Assembly: GCA_032161105.1 (NCBI GenBank)
Contig: JAVHTD010000011.1
Length of the DNA: 64,000 nucleotides
Source: Candidatus Thermosaccharophagus tengchongensis
GTDB lineage: Bacteria; Armatimonadota; Fervidibacteria; Fervidibacterales; Thermosaccharophagaceae
Strand: one strand, 5' to 3'
Both the position numbers and the translations under genes were made by a program. Every line of letters starts with the position of its first letter. Positions within the stretch are counted from its first letter, which is position 1. This document shows positions 1 through 9,739 of the stretch, in pieces. Below the pieces are notes generated by a model that did no database searches, was not told where the DNA came from, and saw only the letters and a list, made by a program, of their open reading frames with translations.

Positions 1-1050
1 ATTCCTTCGCTTCAGCTCGCTATGTATTGATGCCGATTCAATGTCAAAAAGGGGGCAAATTCTGAGATTATGATGGATGACCCCGTCAACTTGGAATTCT
101 TCCACCAGTTGGTTCACCCGGTCTATCCTGTCCTCGTTCTCAACAAAACAAGGGCACATTGACGGCAAAAGCGTCCTTTCGGCAATTGCCCTAATCATCT
201 CCTTCATTGACCACTCTTTAACGATCGTCGGTTGATATAGCCTTTGCGTGCCCGAACACAAGTCATCAATTGCCACCACTGCTTTGGCAGATTCAATGAT
301 GTCTATGAGCTTAAAATTCGGGTATACCAACGGCGCACCAGTGATAAGCACCCTTGGGGCAAAAATATCGCAAATAAACTGCCCATTGCTGTGCTTTTCT
401 TCAAGCTCCTCACAAAGGCGAAGCACCATTTCTGTCCAGCGTTCCGGATCGTCGTAAAATGAAGCCATAGTGACCATAAGTGCTTCCTTCCCGGAAATAA
501 CCGGCGGAGTTAGCTTCCTGATCTCAAGGAGGCGCATGAATGCCTCCCGGCGGCGATTCAGCACCAATATTGCCTCTTTCAAGCCATTTTTGGCCAATTT
601 TTTCCCAGTTAGCTCCTCAAGCTTCTCCTTGAGCTTCCATACCTGCTCTACCCAAAATCTTTGCGCTTCAGTTTCATGTTTGCATGGCGGCAATTGAAGA
701 ACATGAACTTGCTTGTATGATCGGAATACATTGCACAACTTCTTTTTTGCATCGCATGGAGTTGGGATGATAACAAAATCCAAGCGCTCAAACAATGGGT
801 GATTGCCGACTGCCATCCCAACGGATGCTTTGGCAAGCGAGCATACATCTCTTGGAAAAACCTCCTCGCCAAGTCTTGCCAACTCAAAGTCACCGGAGCA
901 AAGGCGCACAGGAACCGCCGAAAGCCCATAGATTATCTCCTCTGGGACAAAGTTGCAAAAAACTCCTACAACCATCCTCGGCGATTCCTTTAGCTCCTGT
1001 ATCCTTCGGTCTGTTGTAACAATTTCCCTGAAGTAAGCCATTGCTTCCAT
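1..1050 (-). CDS. 2-hydroxyacyl-CoA dehydratase family / double-cubane-cluster reductase (YjiM-like), 3' end beyond window edge
   Basis: Not in ORF track. Manual translation gives MEAMAYFREIV...VVGVFCNFVPEEII...RLCSG...PRDVCSLAKASVG...IIPTPCDAKKK...RVLITGAP...DDLCSG...MCPCF...DGVIHHNLRICP, open to base 1. SD GAGGAG lies before the ATG at 1050; an alternative GTG at 1086 overlaps the activase stop. Confidence 0.9.
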   Translation of the reverse strand, partial: MEAMAYFREIVTTDRRIQELKESPRMVVGVFCNFVPEEIIYGLSAVPVRLCSGDFELARLGEEVFPRDVCSLAKASVGMAVGNHPLFERLDFVIIPTPCDAKKKLCNVFRSYKQVHVLQLPPCKHETEAQRFWVEQVWKLKEKLEELTGKKLAKNGLKEAILVLNRRREAFMRLLEIRKLTPPVISGKEALMVTMASFYDDPERWTEMVLRLCEELEEKHSNGQFICDIFAPRVLITGAPLVYPNFKLIDIIESAKAVVAIDDLCSGTQRLYQPTIVKEWSMKEMIRAIAERTLLPSMCPCFVENEDRIDRVNQLVEEFQVDGVIHHNLRICPLFDIESASIHSELKRRN

Positions 1051-1082
1051 ATGGAAATTGCTCCTCTTCCGATGGAATACAA

Positions 1083-1889
1083 TCACGCATTCGCCTTTTT
1101 CTCCGACTTTTCCAAAGCAATCAAAGCCGCGCCGAGAGCGCCGACAATTTGCGGTTCTTCGGGAATGTTCATTTTGACACCAAGCAACTGAGATAAAGCC
1201 TCAATGAATCCGACATTTTTTGCCACCCCGCCTGTCACCGTCACTTCCTCAGCAATCCCGACCTTTTGTGCTAACCTCTTGACCCTTTCTGCCGCAGAAA
1301 GACACAAACCGAACAAAATATTCTCCACCCTTTCCCCCTGAGCAATCAGCGATATAACCTCACTTTCCGCAAAAACGGTGCAAACGCTGCTCAACCTGAT
1401 TTGCTTTGACGCCTTCAGCGACATTGCACCAAAGTCGCCCAAATCTACCTCCAAAGCTCTCGCCATAACTTCAAAGAACCGTCCAGTCCCAGCAGCGCAT
1501 TTGTCATTCATAGCAAAATCAATGACAACACCATGCTCATCAACACGAATTGCCTTACAGTCCTGCCCGCCAATGTCTATCACAAGGCGTGTCTTTGGAA
1601 ATAGGTGGGTAGCGCCAACCGCATGACAGGTTATTTCAGTGACCGAAAACAAACGATGTTCAACACTATCACGACCATAACCTGTAGCCACAACTGCTGC
1701 CAGATCCTTGATGCTGAGTCGGTTTCTCTGGAGAGCTATGGAAAGGGCTTTATGCGCAGCTTCACGGCAAGAAGCACCAGTGGGAACAATGGCGCTTGCC
1801 ACCAATTGCTTTGAAGCGTCTATAATTGCTGCCTTGCAGGAAACTGAGCCAACATCAACACCACCATAGTAGCTCATATTTGCCATCAC
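1083..1889 (-). CDS. ATP-dependent [4Fe-4S] activase (acyl-CoA dehydratase activase, HgdC/YjiL-like)
   Basis: Motifs GVDVGS, EITCH, DIGGQD, NDKCAAGTG, CTVFAESE, TGGVAKN and GALGAAL. The start may be the ATG at 1877. Confidence 0.95.
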   Translation of the reverse strand: MMANMSYYGGVDVGSVSCKAAIIDASKQLVASAIVPTGASCREAAHKALSIALQRNRLSIKDLAAVVATGYGRDSVEHRLFSVTEITCHAVGATHLFPKTRLVIDIGGQDCKAIRVDEHGVVIDFAMNDKCAAGTGRFFEVMARALEVDLGDFGAMSLKASKQIRLSSVCTVFAESEVISLIAQGERVENILFGLCLSAAERVKRLAQKVGIAEEVTVTGGVAKNVGFIEALSQLLGVKMNIPEEPQIVGALGAALIALEKSEKKANA

Positions 1890-1924
1890 TCCAAGAGCAT
1901 CATTTGCATTAGGAGCCGAAATGC

Positions 1925-1966
1925 TTCACGGCGGTTTTTCATTATGCCACACCAAGCTGCCGTGAA
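1925..1966 (-). promoter_or_regulatory. Extended -10-like element (TGgCATAAT, 1941-1949) enclosed by an inverted repeat, upstream of the activase
   Basis: The arms ttcacggcggttt (1925-1937) and aagctgccgtgaa (1954-1966) flank the putative -10. Confidence 0.4.
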
Positions 1967-2479
1967 TAAACCCGATGAGCCGTCAAACCGAATGCCCGTA
2001 TCGTGCCAGCTACGCTTTCCATCCGCTTCCATGCATTCTACCACCATACCATAGCCAGACCATCTATGTGTAACTCAACGATCGGATATTCGCCAAGCGC
2101 CTTTGTGCCATGTGCGGGCAACTCAAGCAGTATTGACCAGCTTGTCTGACACCAATCTTAGTGCTCACGGAACAGAAGCATGCTGCCATTTTCCTTACCG
2201 GCTTTCTGTAGCTCGTCAATTTCCATCCTCTCCGCTTCAACTTGTCTGCATTCGCTTTAGCAGTTGGACAAACCATAGCATCGCGTCACCTACAGGTGCA
2301 AGCGGCGGCAAGCAATACCACATCTGCACACCCATTTGTGTCCAGTGAAGCTCTTGGTCGCTCAAACCGGCAACAACGGTGTCACCACGAATAAGAAGCT
2401 CCTTGAGCGCTAACCACTTACGCCAAACTCCCCTTTATGCCCCAACGGCATTTTGAGAACGCCACCGCTATAGTCCGTC

Positions 2480-3619
2480 TCATTTCCATTGCCTATACGC
2501 TATTTTTCGCCTGAGCTCAATGTAATAGAGGAAATTTTCAAGTGGCACGCCCGGTTGAACAGCATGGTCAACCGTCGGAATATAGCCACCTATGTCAAGT
2601 AACGGCACAATTTTCCTCCTCAACTCCTCTTCAATGGCTTCTTTCCCCTCGGCGAGCACCCTCTTGTCTATGCCACCACTCACTGCCAAATCACTCCGAT
2701 ATTCGTTGCGAATCTTGACTGGATCCATCCCTGCTGCCGCTTCTAAAGGCCAGATGCAATTAACACCTGCCTCAATCAACATCGGGATTAAAACCTCAAA
2801 ATTTCCATCACTATCAAACTCAATCACCTTTACACCATGCCTGCGCAGAAAGTCAAAGATCGCCCTATGCCTTGGAAGGAAAAACTCCCGGTAAATCTTC
2901 GGAGAAATCAGGGGTCCCGTCTTATGGGCAAAATCCTCATTAATTATGCACGCATCAACCTCAACATCTCCCAAAGCCTCAAACACCCTCCCCGTAACCT
3001 CCATGAAATACTCAACCATCCAATCAAGAATTTCGTGAACCAATTTCGGCTGGTCGTAAAAGGCATAAGAAACACCTTCCGTCCCCATCATCAGCCTTAA
3101 ATTCCAATAAAGCCCGCCAAATGCACAATTTTGGTATAGATAAAGCGGATAATCCCTGTTTCTCCACCTCTCCCTCAGCTCATCCCAGTTTTTCGGGTAG
3201 CGTGATGGCTCACCCGGGTCAAAATGCCCCTTTAACTCCAAAAAATCCCCCCTTTTCTTGACGGGGAAGTCAAGGTAAGTATCCATGCTGAGTCTCATCC
3301 CTCTTACTGTCCCCTCCTTCAAAGCACGGCGCTTTATGCCCCAAGAGTCGGTGAAAATTACATACCTATCAGTCTCCTCAAGCACTCTGTAAAAGCCAGG
3401 AATTGGACCCATATTCAGGCTGATGAATTCCCTCCTGTCCAACTGCAGAATTTTTGTGCCACCTTTGAAAAATCCACCCTCGCGCTCCATCTCTTCCTCT
3501 GGCAAGCCTTGCGCCTTCCATTCCTCCAAAGTTTGCTCCCATGCGCCTATCTCGTGAAATGGAAAACGATCGGTCTCTTGGAGACTCATCGTCCTGAGAT
3601 ACCTTTCCCTGTCGGTCAT
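2480..3619 (-). CDS. Uroporphyrinogen decarboxylase (URO-D)/methyltransferase-like family protein of unknown substrate
   Basis: N-terminus MTDRERYLRTM...DRFP, then NEDFAHKTGPLISP, FDSDGN, PLEAAAGMD, GGIDKR and GGYIPTVDHAV. Confidence 0.85.
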   Translation of the reverse strand: MTDRERYLRTMSLQETDRFPFHEIGAWEQTLEEWKAQGLPEEEMEREGGFFKGGTKILQLDRREFISLNMGPIPGFYRVLEETDRYVIFTDSWGIKRRALKEGTVRGMRLSMDTYLDFPVKKRGDFLELKGHFDPGEPSRYPKNWDELRERWRNRDYPLYLYQNCAFGGLYWNLRLMMGTEGVSYAFYDQPKLVHEILDWMVEYFMEVTGRVFEALGDVEVDACIINEDFAHKTGPLISPKIYREFFLPRHRAIFDFLRRHGVKVIEFDSDGNFEVLIPMLIEAGVNCIWPLEAAAGMDPVKIRNEYRSDLAVSGGIDKRVLAEGKEAIEEELRRKIVPLLDIGGYIPTVDHAVQPGVPLENFLYYIELRRKIAYRQWK

Positions 3620-3934
3620 TCCCTTTCGCCCCCTTGATTGTCAACTGATCGGTGTAGTCAACCCAACCGCCGACGGGAAGCCCCATTCCCAGTTGTGTGA
3701 CTTTGATGCCAATTGGATAACCTTCAATGACCTCATAATTGCGCAACTTCTCGCCTCTGTCAAACCTTCACCATCCTTGCCCATTGTGCCTTAACCGCAA
3801 ATACGATGTGAGGAAAGAGCAGAGGCAAGGGAACAGGCAAGGAGGACAAGGCGCTATCCAAATCAAACAAAATGGGCATACTGAAGTATCCTAATGTGGT
3901 GGGGAAAGCATAGCACCAAAGGGGTGAAGGAAAG

Positions 3935-6286
3935 ATGGCGGTCACAACGACTCTATCACGGGTTGAGCAATTGATGCTTGAGCGCGCTGGCGAGGAGCTA
4001 ATGTATCCGCCAACGGAGAAGGTTGGCGTCATAGTGGTTGAGAATTTCCCAATGCTCGGCAAGCTAACGGCGCTGCGCTTCATTGAATGGGTGCAGCAAA
4101 ACCCGGGTGGTGTAATCGCGCTGCCGACTGGCAAGACACCGGAGTATTTCATCAAGTGGGTGCAACATTACATCCGAAATTGGGATAACGCCGAAGTTGC
4201 TGCCGACCTTGAAGCGCATGGTGTTGACCCGTCAATTCGCCCGGACATGAAGAGCCTTCACTTCGTGCAGATTGACGAATTTTATCCGATTGACCCAGCG
4301 CATCACAACAGCTTCAACTACTATGTCAGGCGTTTTTACATTGATGGGTTTGGGCTTGACCCGCAAAAGGCTATGCTGATTGATTGCACGCGCATCGGAA
4401 TACCGCGTGGACTAAAGCTTGAAAATGTCTTTCCAGATTACGCTGTTGACCTGTCACTACGCCACAGGCGACCAAAGACGAACCTTGAGCGGTTGCAAAA
4501 GGAGGTGATTGAGAGGGTTGACCAATGGTGTGAAGAGTATGAAGCGAGGATAAGGGAGATGGGTGGTATCGGCTTCTTCCTCGGCGGCATTGGTCCGGAC
4601 GGCCACATAGCATTCAACATCGCCGGTTCATCCCACCACTCAACCACTCGCCTTACAATGACAAACTATGAAACGCAAGCTGCCGCGGCGGTTGACCTCG
4701 GCGGAATTGAAGTGGCAAAGAAGAGGGCTGTCATAACGATAGGTTTGGCAACCATCACATACAACCCGAACTGCGTAGCCATCATAATTGCCGCTGGCGA
4801 TGCGAAGGCTAAAGTTGTTAAGGACGCGATTGAGAGCGAGCCCTCAATCAAAGTTCCAGCTACAGCGCTTCACAAGCTCCCCAACGCACGCTTTTACCTC
4901 ACATCCGGTGCCGCTAAGTTGCTCACCGAACGCCGAATTAACAAGCTAAGGCGCATGGGCAAGTTGCCGGAACACATTTGCGAACAGCTGCTCGTTGATA
5001 CAGCCATCAAGTTGAAGAAGCGCATCACAAACCTAACGCTTGAGGAGATTGAAAGTGACAAGTTTACATCCCTGATCCTCATTGAGCGCAACGATGACGA
5101 TGTCCTTAGCCTGCTCAGGCAAGTTGAGTCCGACTTGAAGCGCAAAATTGAGGAAGGCATGCAGGTGATGCGCGGAGTAACCTTCCTGCACACTGCGCCG
5201 CACCATGATGACATTGAGCTCGGCTACCTCGCCTTTATCGTCAGGCATGTTCGTGAACCATCTAACAATCACCACTTCGCTTACATGACTTCTGGCTTCA
5301 CATCTGTCACCAACTCACACATGCTTATGTTATTGGAGAAGCTCAAGCGCTTCCTAAATGAGGGTCACTTTGATGAAATGCACGCTGAGGGCTACTTCCG
5401 ACCCGACAACACCGTTGGACGCAATAGGGATGTATGGCAGTTCCTTGATGGCGTCGCCTCCGGTGATGAGTTCATGAAGGATGAAGGTGAGGCAAGGCGA
5501 ATGCTGCGCATACTGATTGAGGTCTTTGAGGAGGAGAGCTTGGATGATTTGCGCAACCGAGTTGATGAGCTCATCCATTACTTCAAAACCCAATACCCGG
5601 GGCGAAAAGATTTGCCGCACATACAGCGCATCAAGGGCATGGTAAGGGAGTGGGAATCGGAATGCATGTGGGGTTACTTCGGCTTTGACTGCACATTCGT
5701 GCACCATCTGCGCCTCGGCTTCTATACGGGGGATATATTCAGTGAGGAGCCCGTCATAGAACGAGATGTCATACCCGTATTGGAACTCATTCGTGAAGTT
5801 AAACCCGATGTCGTTACAGTGGCTCTTGACCCGGAGGGAGCCGGGCCGGATGCGCATTACAAGGTCATGCAAATCATGGCGGAGGCATTGAAGATGTATG
5901 AGCGCGAAAGTGGGCGGAGCAACTTGCAAGTGATTGGATATAGGAATGTCTGGACTCGCTTTCATCCATCGGAAGCGAATTTGTTTGTGCCAGTCTCACT
6001 CAACATGTTCGCCATATTGCAGAACTCATTCAGGAATGCCTTCGCATCGCAATGGGAAGCATCTTTCCCAAGCTATGAGTATGAAGGACCATTTTCCGAA
6101 TTGGCGCAGCTCATTCAGGTGGAACAGTATCGCGCTTTAAAGACATGCCTTGGGCGTGAGTTCTTCTACTTCCATCGCGCGCCGCTCATTCGAGCAACGA
6201 GGGGCTTTGTGTTCCTGCGAAAAATGAGCTTGGAAGAGTTCTACCAATACGCTGGCGAATTGCGGCGGGCAATATGCGGCTCATGA
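3935..6286 (+). CDS. nagB: Glucosamine-6-phosphate deaminase fused to a PIG-L/LmbE-type deacetylase domain
   Basis: N-terminal LPTGKTP, IDEFYP and GGIGPDGHIAFN; C-terminal half has the PIG-L motif APHHDDIELG and LGFY. Confidence 0.85.
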   Translation: MAVTTTLSRVEQLMLERAGEELMYPPTEKVGVIVVENFPMLGKLTALRFIEWVQQNPGGVIALPTGKTPEYFIKWVQHYIRNWDNAEVAADLEAHGVDPSIRPDMKSLHFVQIDEFYPIDPAHHNSFNYYVRRFYIDGFGLDPQKAMLIDCTRIGIPRGLKLENVFPDYAVDLSLRHRRPKTNLERLQKEVIERVDQWCEEYEARIREMGGIGFFLGGIGPDGHIAFNIAGSSHHSTTRLTMTNYETQAAAAVDLGGIEVAKKRAVITIGLATITYNPNCVAIIIAAGDAKAKVVKDAIESEPSIKVPATALHKLPNARFYLTSGAAKLLTERRINKLRRMGKLPEHICEQLLVDTAIKLKKRITNLTLEEIESDKFTSLILIERNDDDVLSLLRQVESDLKRKIEEGMQVMRGVTFLHTAPHHDDIELGYLAFIVRHVREPSNNHHFAYMTSGFTSVTNSHMLMLLEKLKRFLNEGHFDEMHAEGYFRPDNTVGRNRDVWQFLDGVASGDEFMKDEGEARRMLRILIEVFEEESLDDLRNRVDELIHYFKTQYPGRKDLPHIQRIKGMVREWESECMWGYFGFDCTFVHHLRLGFYTGDIFSEEPVIERDVIPVLELIREVKPDVVTVALDPEGAGPDAHYKVMQIMAEALKMYERESGRSNLQVIGYRNVWTRFHPSEANLFVPVSLNMFAILQNSFRNAFASQWEASFPSYEYEGPFSELAQLIQVEQYRALKTCLGREFFYFHRAPLIRATRGFVFLRKMSLEEFYQYAGELRRAICGS

Positions 6287-6312
6287 TAACAACTCAAGGT
6301 GGTGGTGAGAAC

Positions 6313-6978
6313 ATGAAGAGCGTAAGCGCTTTCTCTTACATTCGGAGTGCATGCTTGGTATGTGCGCTGACTCTAAGCCTTTCTGGAGCTGTCAAAATCC
6401 CTTCGGCTTTAAAGCCTCATGCAATTGCGGAAGCGAAGCGCATGCCAAACCAAATAACCAACTTGAGTTCTTTCGCCTTCGGTGCCGTTGAGAAAGCGGT
6501 GAACCTCATATCCAACTCATCGTTTGAGATGCTGAAAAGGGTTGGCACCACAGCAAAGCCGATGCCGGATGGTTGGCAACTTTACATCATAGCCCTCCCA
6601 GCGGAAGGCTATTGCGATGAGGCGAAAGCTGTATCGGGCAAACGCTCCTTCAAGTTCTCGCTCTCAGAGAAGGGAAAAGCCTTCCTACACTCGCACGCAT
6701 TTGATGTGGAGCCGAACGCGCAATATCGCGTTCGGTTCTTCTCCTGTGGCAGCGGGGTTATCTCCGCTGAAATGCTGTGGTGGCAGTCATATCCCGCACC
6801 ACTCATGCAGTCCAAACGGCATAGAGATGCAAAGGAGGAAATTAAGCTCACCGACAAATGGCAGCAGGTTGAGGCGACATTTACAGCACCTGAAGATGCA
6901 AAGAGGGCATACTTGCGCATTGCCGCAAGAGATGGTGATGTGTGGGTGGACGATGTTGAGGTGATAAGGCTACCTTAG
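6313..6978 (+). CDS. Exported carbohydrate-binding-domain protein (CBM4/9-like beta-sandwich)
   Basis: Signal-peptide-like N-terminus, then NLISNSSFE...PDGW, VEPNAQYR, W..VEATFTAP and VWVDDV. SD GGTGGTG precedes the ATG at 6313. Confidence 0.7.
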   Translation: MKSVSAFSYIRSACLVCALTLSLSGAVKIPSALKPHAIAEAKRMPNQITNLSSFAFGAVEKAVNLISNSSFEMLKRVGTTAKPMPDGWQLYIIALPAEGYCDEAKAVSGKRSFKFSLSEKGKAFLHSHAFDVEPNAQYRVRFFSCGSGVISAEMLWWQSYPAPLMQSKRHRDAKEEIKLTDKWQQVEATFTAPEDAKRAYLRIAARDGDVWVDDVEVIRLP

Positions 6979-9468
6979 GTTAACTTTTCGTGAGCGCAGC
7001 TTCTCAATCTTTTGGCGAAGCTCCATTTCAACCCTTTCCGGGAGCGGCTTTAACTGCACCGCGCTGGTAATATCCTCAGTTTCATCCGATGCGCTTTCAC
7101 CAACTTCGGAGGGCGCAATTTTCCTCGGCTTTGGGACATACGGCTCAAGCCCAAGGAGCTCATGCAACAGTGCCTTTGCCGCCTCCTTGTCCGGTATCAA
7201 CTCAGCTCCGTTGATGAATTGCGGCAGGCGAGCATACCATGCCGGCGCGCCAACGCACGCCGGACAACCATCCTCACACTGGCAACTGGTTATCAACTCA
7301 TTCGCAGCCATCAGCATCTCCTCAACCAGCTCATACGCCTTTTGAGCGATCCCTACACCGCCGGGATGAGCATCGTAAATGAACAGCGTTGGAATGCCCG
7401 TATTTGAGGAGTCAACCACAGTGCCGACATCTGACGGGTCTGACATGACAAACAGGGGTGTAACATGTGCCATGACATTAGCTACTGCAAGCATAGCCTC
7501 CGATGGGTTGCGCCCATAACTCCTGATGAGTTGCATTGCTTCCCTTGGCGGTATGAGCCATGCAGCTTGCGTCTCAACCTCAACCGGCGGGAGGTAAACC
7601 CTGCCATAGCCAATTGACTCCCATGTATGCATCTTCACCTTGCGAAACATGAAGACGGTGTCGGTGACGATTACCCTGCCACAGTGCACATCCGAGATGC
7701 GCCACCTCTTTTGCAACTCACTTGATTGCACCCTTATGCGCACTTCCGAGATTGAGCATGTGAAGTAGTCAACATCAACTTGCCTGACACTCGCCATGCG
7801 CTTTTCCAAGTCAAGCCCCTCAACGAAGTATGTTTCCCCCTCGTGCATGTAAATGGCTTGCGGATGCGCAAGCCTAAAGGCACTGTATTCGTCAAGCGTG
7901 CCGATTGTCCTTGGAGGCTGCTCACCGACATCAATGATGGTGAATGTGTTCTCGCCGATGTTGCGCAAATCAACATCGGCAGCCGGAAAGCCTCTCCCAT
8001 GCCAATACCAACGCCCGCAAAAGCGCTTCACTTCGCCATACTCCTCAAGCAGTGAAATGACTGCTGCAGCATACTCGCCAAATTGCTCAAGCTCACGAGG
8101 CTCAATTGGCAGCTCAGATGCTGCACACCTCAGATGAGATAGGACAATGTGCGGGTTATCCGGGTCTGTGAGGGCATGCTCTGGTGGTCTCTCAAAAACA
8201 TACTCCGGATGGCGCATCAGGTATTGGTCAATCGGCGTGTTATGCGCAACGAAGAAGATAAGCGCATCACTGCCACCCCTTCCAACCCTTCCGGAACGCT
8301 GCAGGAAGCTCGCTATCGTTCCCGGGTAGCCAACGAGAATGCACGCATCAAGCTCACCAACATCAATTCCGAGCTCAAGCGCACTCGTCGCTACAACCCC
8401 CATAAGCTGACCGCTGAATAGTTCCCTTTCAATCTGCCGCCTTTCCTCGGGCAGGTAACCAGCCCTATAGCCCCTGATTGAGTTGCTGAACCTACTCCCG
8501 CGCTGCATGAGCATATCCTGAGCATGTCTGAGGGTAAGCTCCATTGCGCCCCTTGTCCTCGTGAAGGCGATCGTATGCCAACCATTCTCAACGAGCATTG
8601 AGAGGAGCATTGCCGCTTCCTGATTTGCGCTCCTCCTCTCATGCGGGTGTGAGGGAATCAACGATGGATTCCAGAACACGAAAGCCTTTCGCCCGCATGG
8701 CGATGTATCTTCGTTGATCAACCTGACCGGCTCACCGAGCAGCCTTTCTGCGTGCTCCTTCGGGTTGGCTATCGTCGCAGAGGCGCATACGAAGACCGGC
8801 TTACAACCGTAATGCCTGCAAATGCGCTTCAGGCGGCGAATGACATTCGCCACATGGCTTCCAAAGACGCCCCTATATGTGTGCAGCTCGTCAAGGACGA
8901 CGAGCCTCAGGTTGGAGAGATAGCCACCCCAACGGTCATGTGATGGCAGTATACCGCTGTGGAGCATGTCAGGGTTGGTGAATATCACATTACCTTCATT
9001 CCTCGCCTTGCGCCTCGTTGCGGGCGGCGTGTCGCCATCGTATGTGAACGGTCTCGCTGGCAACTTCACCTTGCATCTTGAGAGAAGCTCGTTCAGGGCG
9101 CGAAGCTGATCCTGAGCGAGCGCCTTCGTCGGATAGATGTAAAGTGCTCTTGCTCCCTCGTCGGTAAGGAGCATTTGCAATGTCGGGAGGTGATAGCACA
9201 GCGTCTTGCCGCTTGCCGGCCCGGTGGCAATGACGACATTCTCACCGCTCATGACCGCATTGATAGCCTCAACCTGATGCCGATAAAGCCTCACTATGCC
9301 CAATTCCCTGAGAGCCTCAATGAGCACTTCATGCAACGAACTCGTCAGCTCACCATACTCAGCCGCACGATTGCCTTGAAAAATGACATGCACAATTTGA
9401 CCGCCATACCAAGGTTGAGAGCGAATCGCATTGAGCAGTTGCTCAATGCTCTTTCTCGGATTCACCAT
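6970..9468 (-). CDS. DEAD/DEAH-box helicase with C-terminal DUF1998 (MrfA/Hrq1-like)
   Basis: LYRHQ, ASGKT, YPTKALAQDQ, DELH, SAT, ALELGID, QRSGRVGR and the C-terminal CQCEDGCPAC motif. Start refined to the ATG at 9468. Confidence 0.92.
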   Translation of the reverse strand: MVNPRKSIEQLLNAIRSQPWYGGQIVHVIFQGNRAAEYGELTSSLHEVLIEALRELGIVRLYRHQVEAINAVMSGENVVIATGPASGKTLCYHLPTLQMLLTDEGARALYIYPTKALAQDQLRALNELLSRCKVKLPARPFTYDGDTPPATRRKARNEGNVIFTNPDMLHSGILPSHDRWGGYLSNLRLVVLDELHTYRGVFGSHVANVIRRLKRICRHYGCKPVFVCASATIANPKEHAERLLGEPVRLINEDTSPCGRKAFVFWNPSLIPSHPHERRSANQEAAMLLSMLVENGWHTIAFTRTRGAMELTLRHAQDMLMQRGSRFSNSIRGYRAGYLPEERRQIERELFSGQLMGVVATSALELGIDVGELDACILVGYPGTIASFLQRSGRVGRGGSDALIFFVAHNTPIDQYLMRHPEYVFERPPEHALTDPDNPHIVLSHLRCAASELPIEPRELEQFGEYAAAVISLLEEYGEVKRFCGRWYWHGRGFPAADVDLRNIGENTFTIIDVGEQPPRTIGTLDEYSAFRLAHPQAIYMHEGETYFVEGLDLEKRMASVRQVDVDYFTCSISEVRIRVQSSELQKRWRISDVHCGRVIVTDTVFMFRKVKMHTWESIGYGRVYLPPVEVETQAAWLIPPREAMQLIRSYGRNPSEAMLAVANVMAHVTPLFVMSDPSDVGTVVDSSNTGIPTLFIYDAHPGGVGIAQKAYELVEEMLMAANELITSCQCEDGCPACVGAPAWYARLPQFINGAELIPDKEAAKALLHELLGLEPYVPKPRKIAPSEVGESASDETEDITSAVQLKPLPERVEMELRQKIEKLRSRKVNLR

Positions 9469-9496
9469 ACCACAAGTGCACCTCACAGCACCAAGG

Positions 9497-9739
9497 CTAC
9501 TCCTCATTGCCCTCCTCGGGCAGCGGCAATCCGGCACGCAAGTGGTATTCAACAAACACCCAACACTTGAAACACCTTCTTGGGTCGTTGCGCTTGCAGC
9601 ATGGCTTACCCGCAACCTCAAAGCAAAGCTTGCCCTCAGAGTATGCCTGACAGATGAGGTAATGGGAAGCCGGACAGCGAATTATGTCGGAGCAATGCAC
9701 CTTACCGCGTCTGAGGCTTGAACCCTCCATCTGAATCAC
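9497..9739 (-). CDS. Small Cys-rich protein (two-CW-domain-like, putative metal binding)
   Basis: 80 aa with pattern HCSDIIRCP..HYLICQAY..GKLCFE...PCC.....RCFKCWVF. The GTGA start overlaps the TPR gene stop, and the ORF fills the gap in a co-directional operon. Confidence 0.65.
   Translation of the reverse strand: MIQMEGSSLRRGKVHCSDIIRCPASHYLICQAYSEGKLCFEVAGKPCCKRNDPRRCFKCWVFVEYHLRAGLPLPEEGNEE

Noticed and set aside
1970..2470. Possible amidohydrolase pseudogene remnant (minus strand ELLIRGDTVVAG, ADVVL in different frames)
   Set aside because: The similarity is only a few residues across frames and too weak to call without a translated search.
6970..9468. DISARM/Druantia-type defence system based on the DUF1998 helicase
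   Set aside because: No methylase, phospholipase D or other defence partners. The housekeeping context and full-length architecture fit an MrfA/Hrq1 repair helicase.
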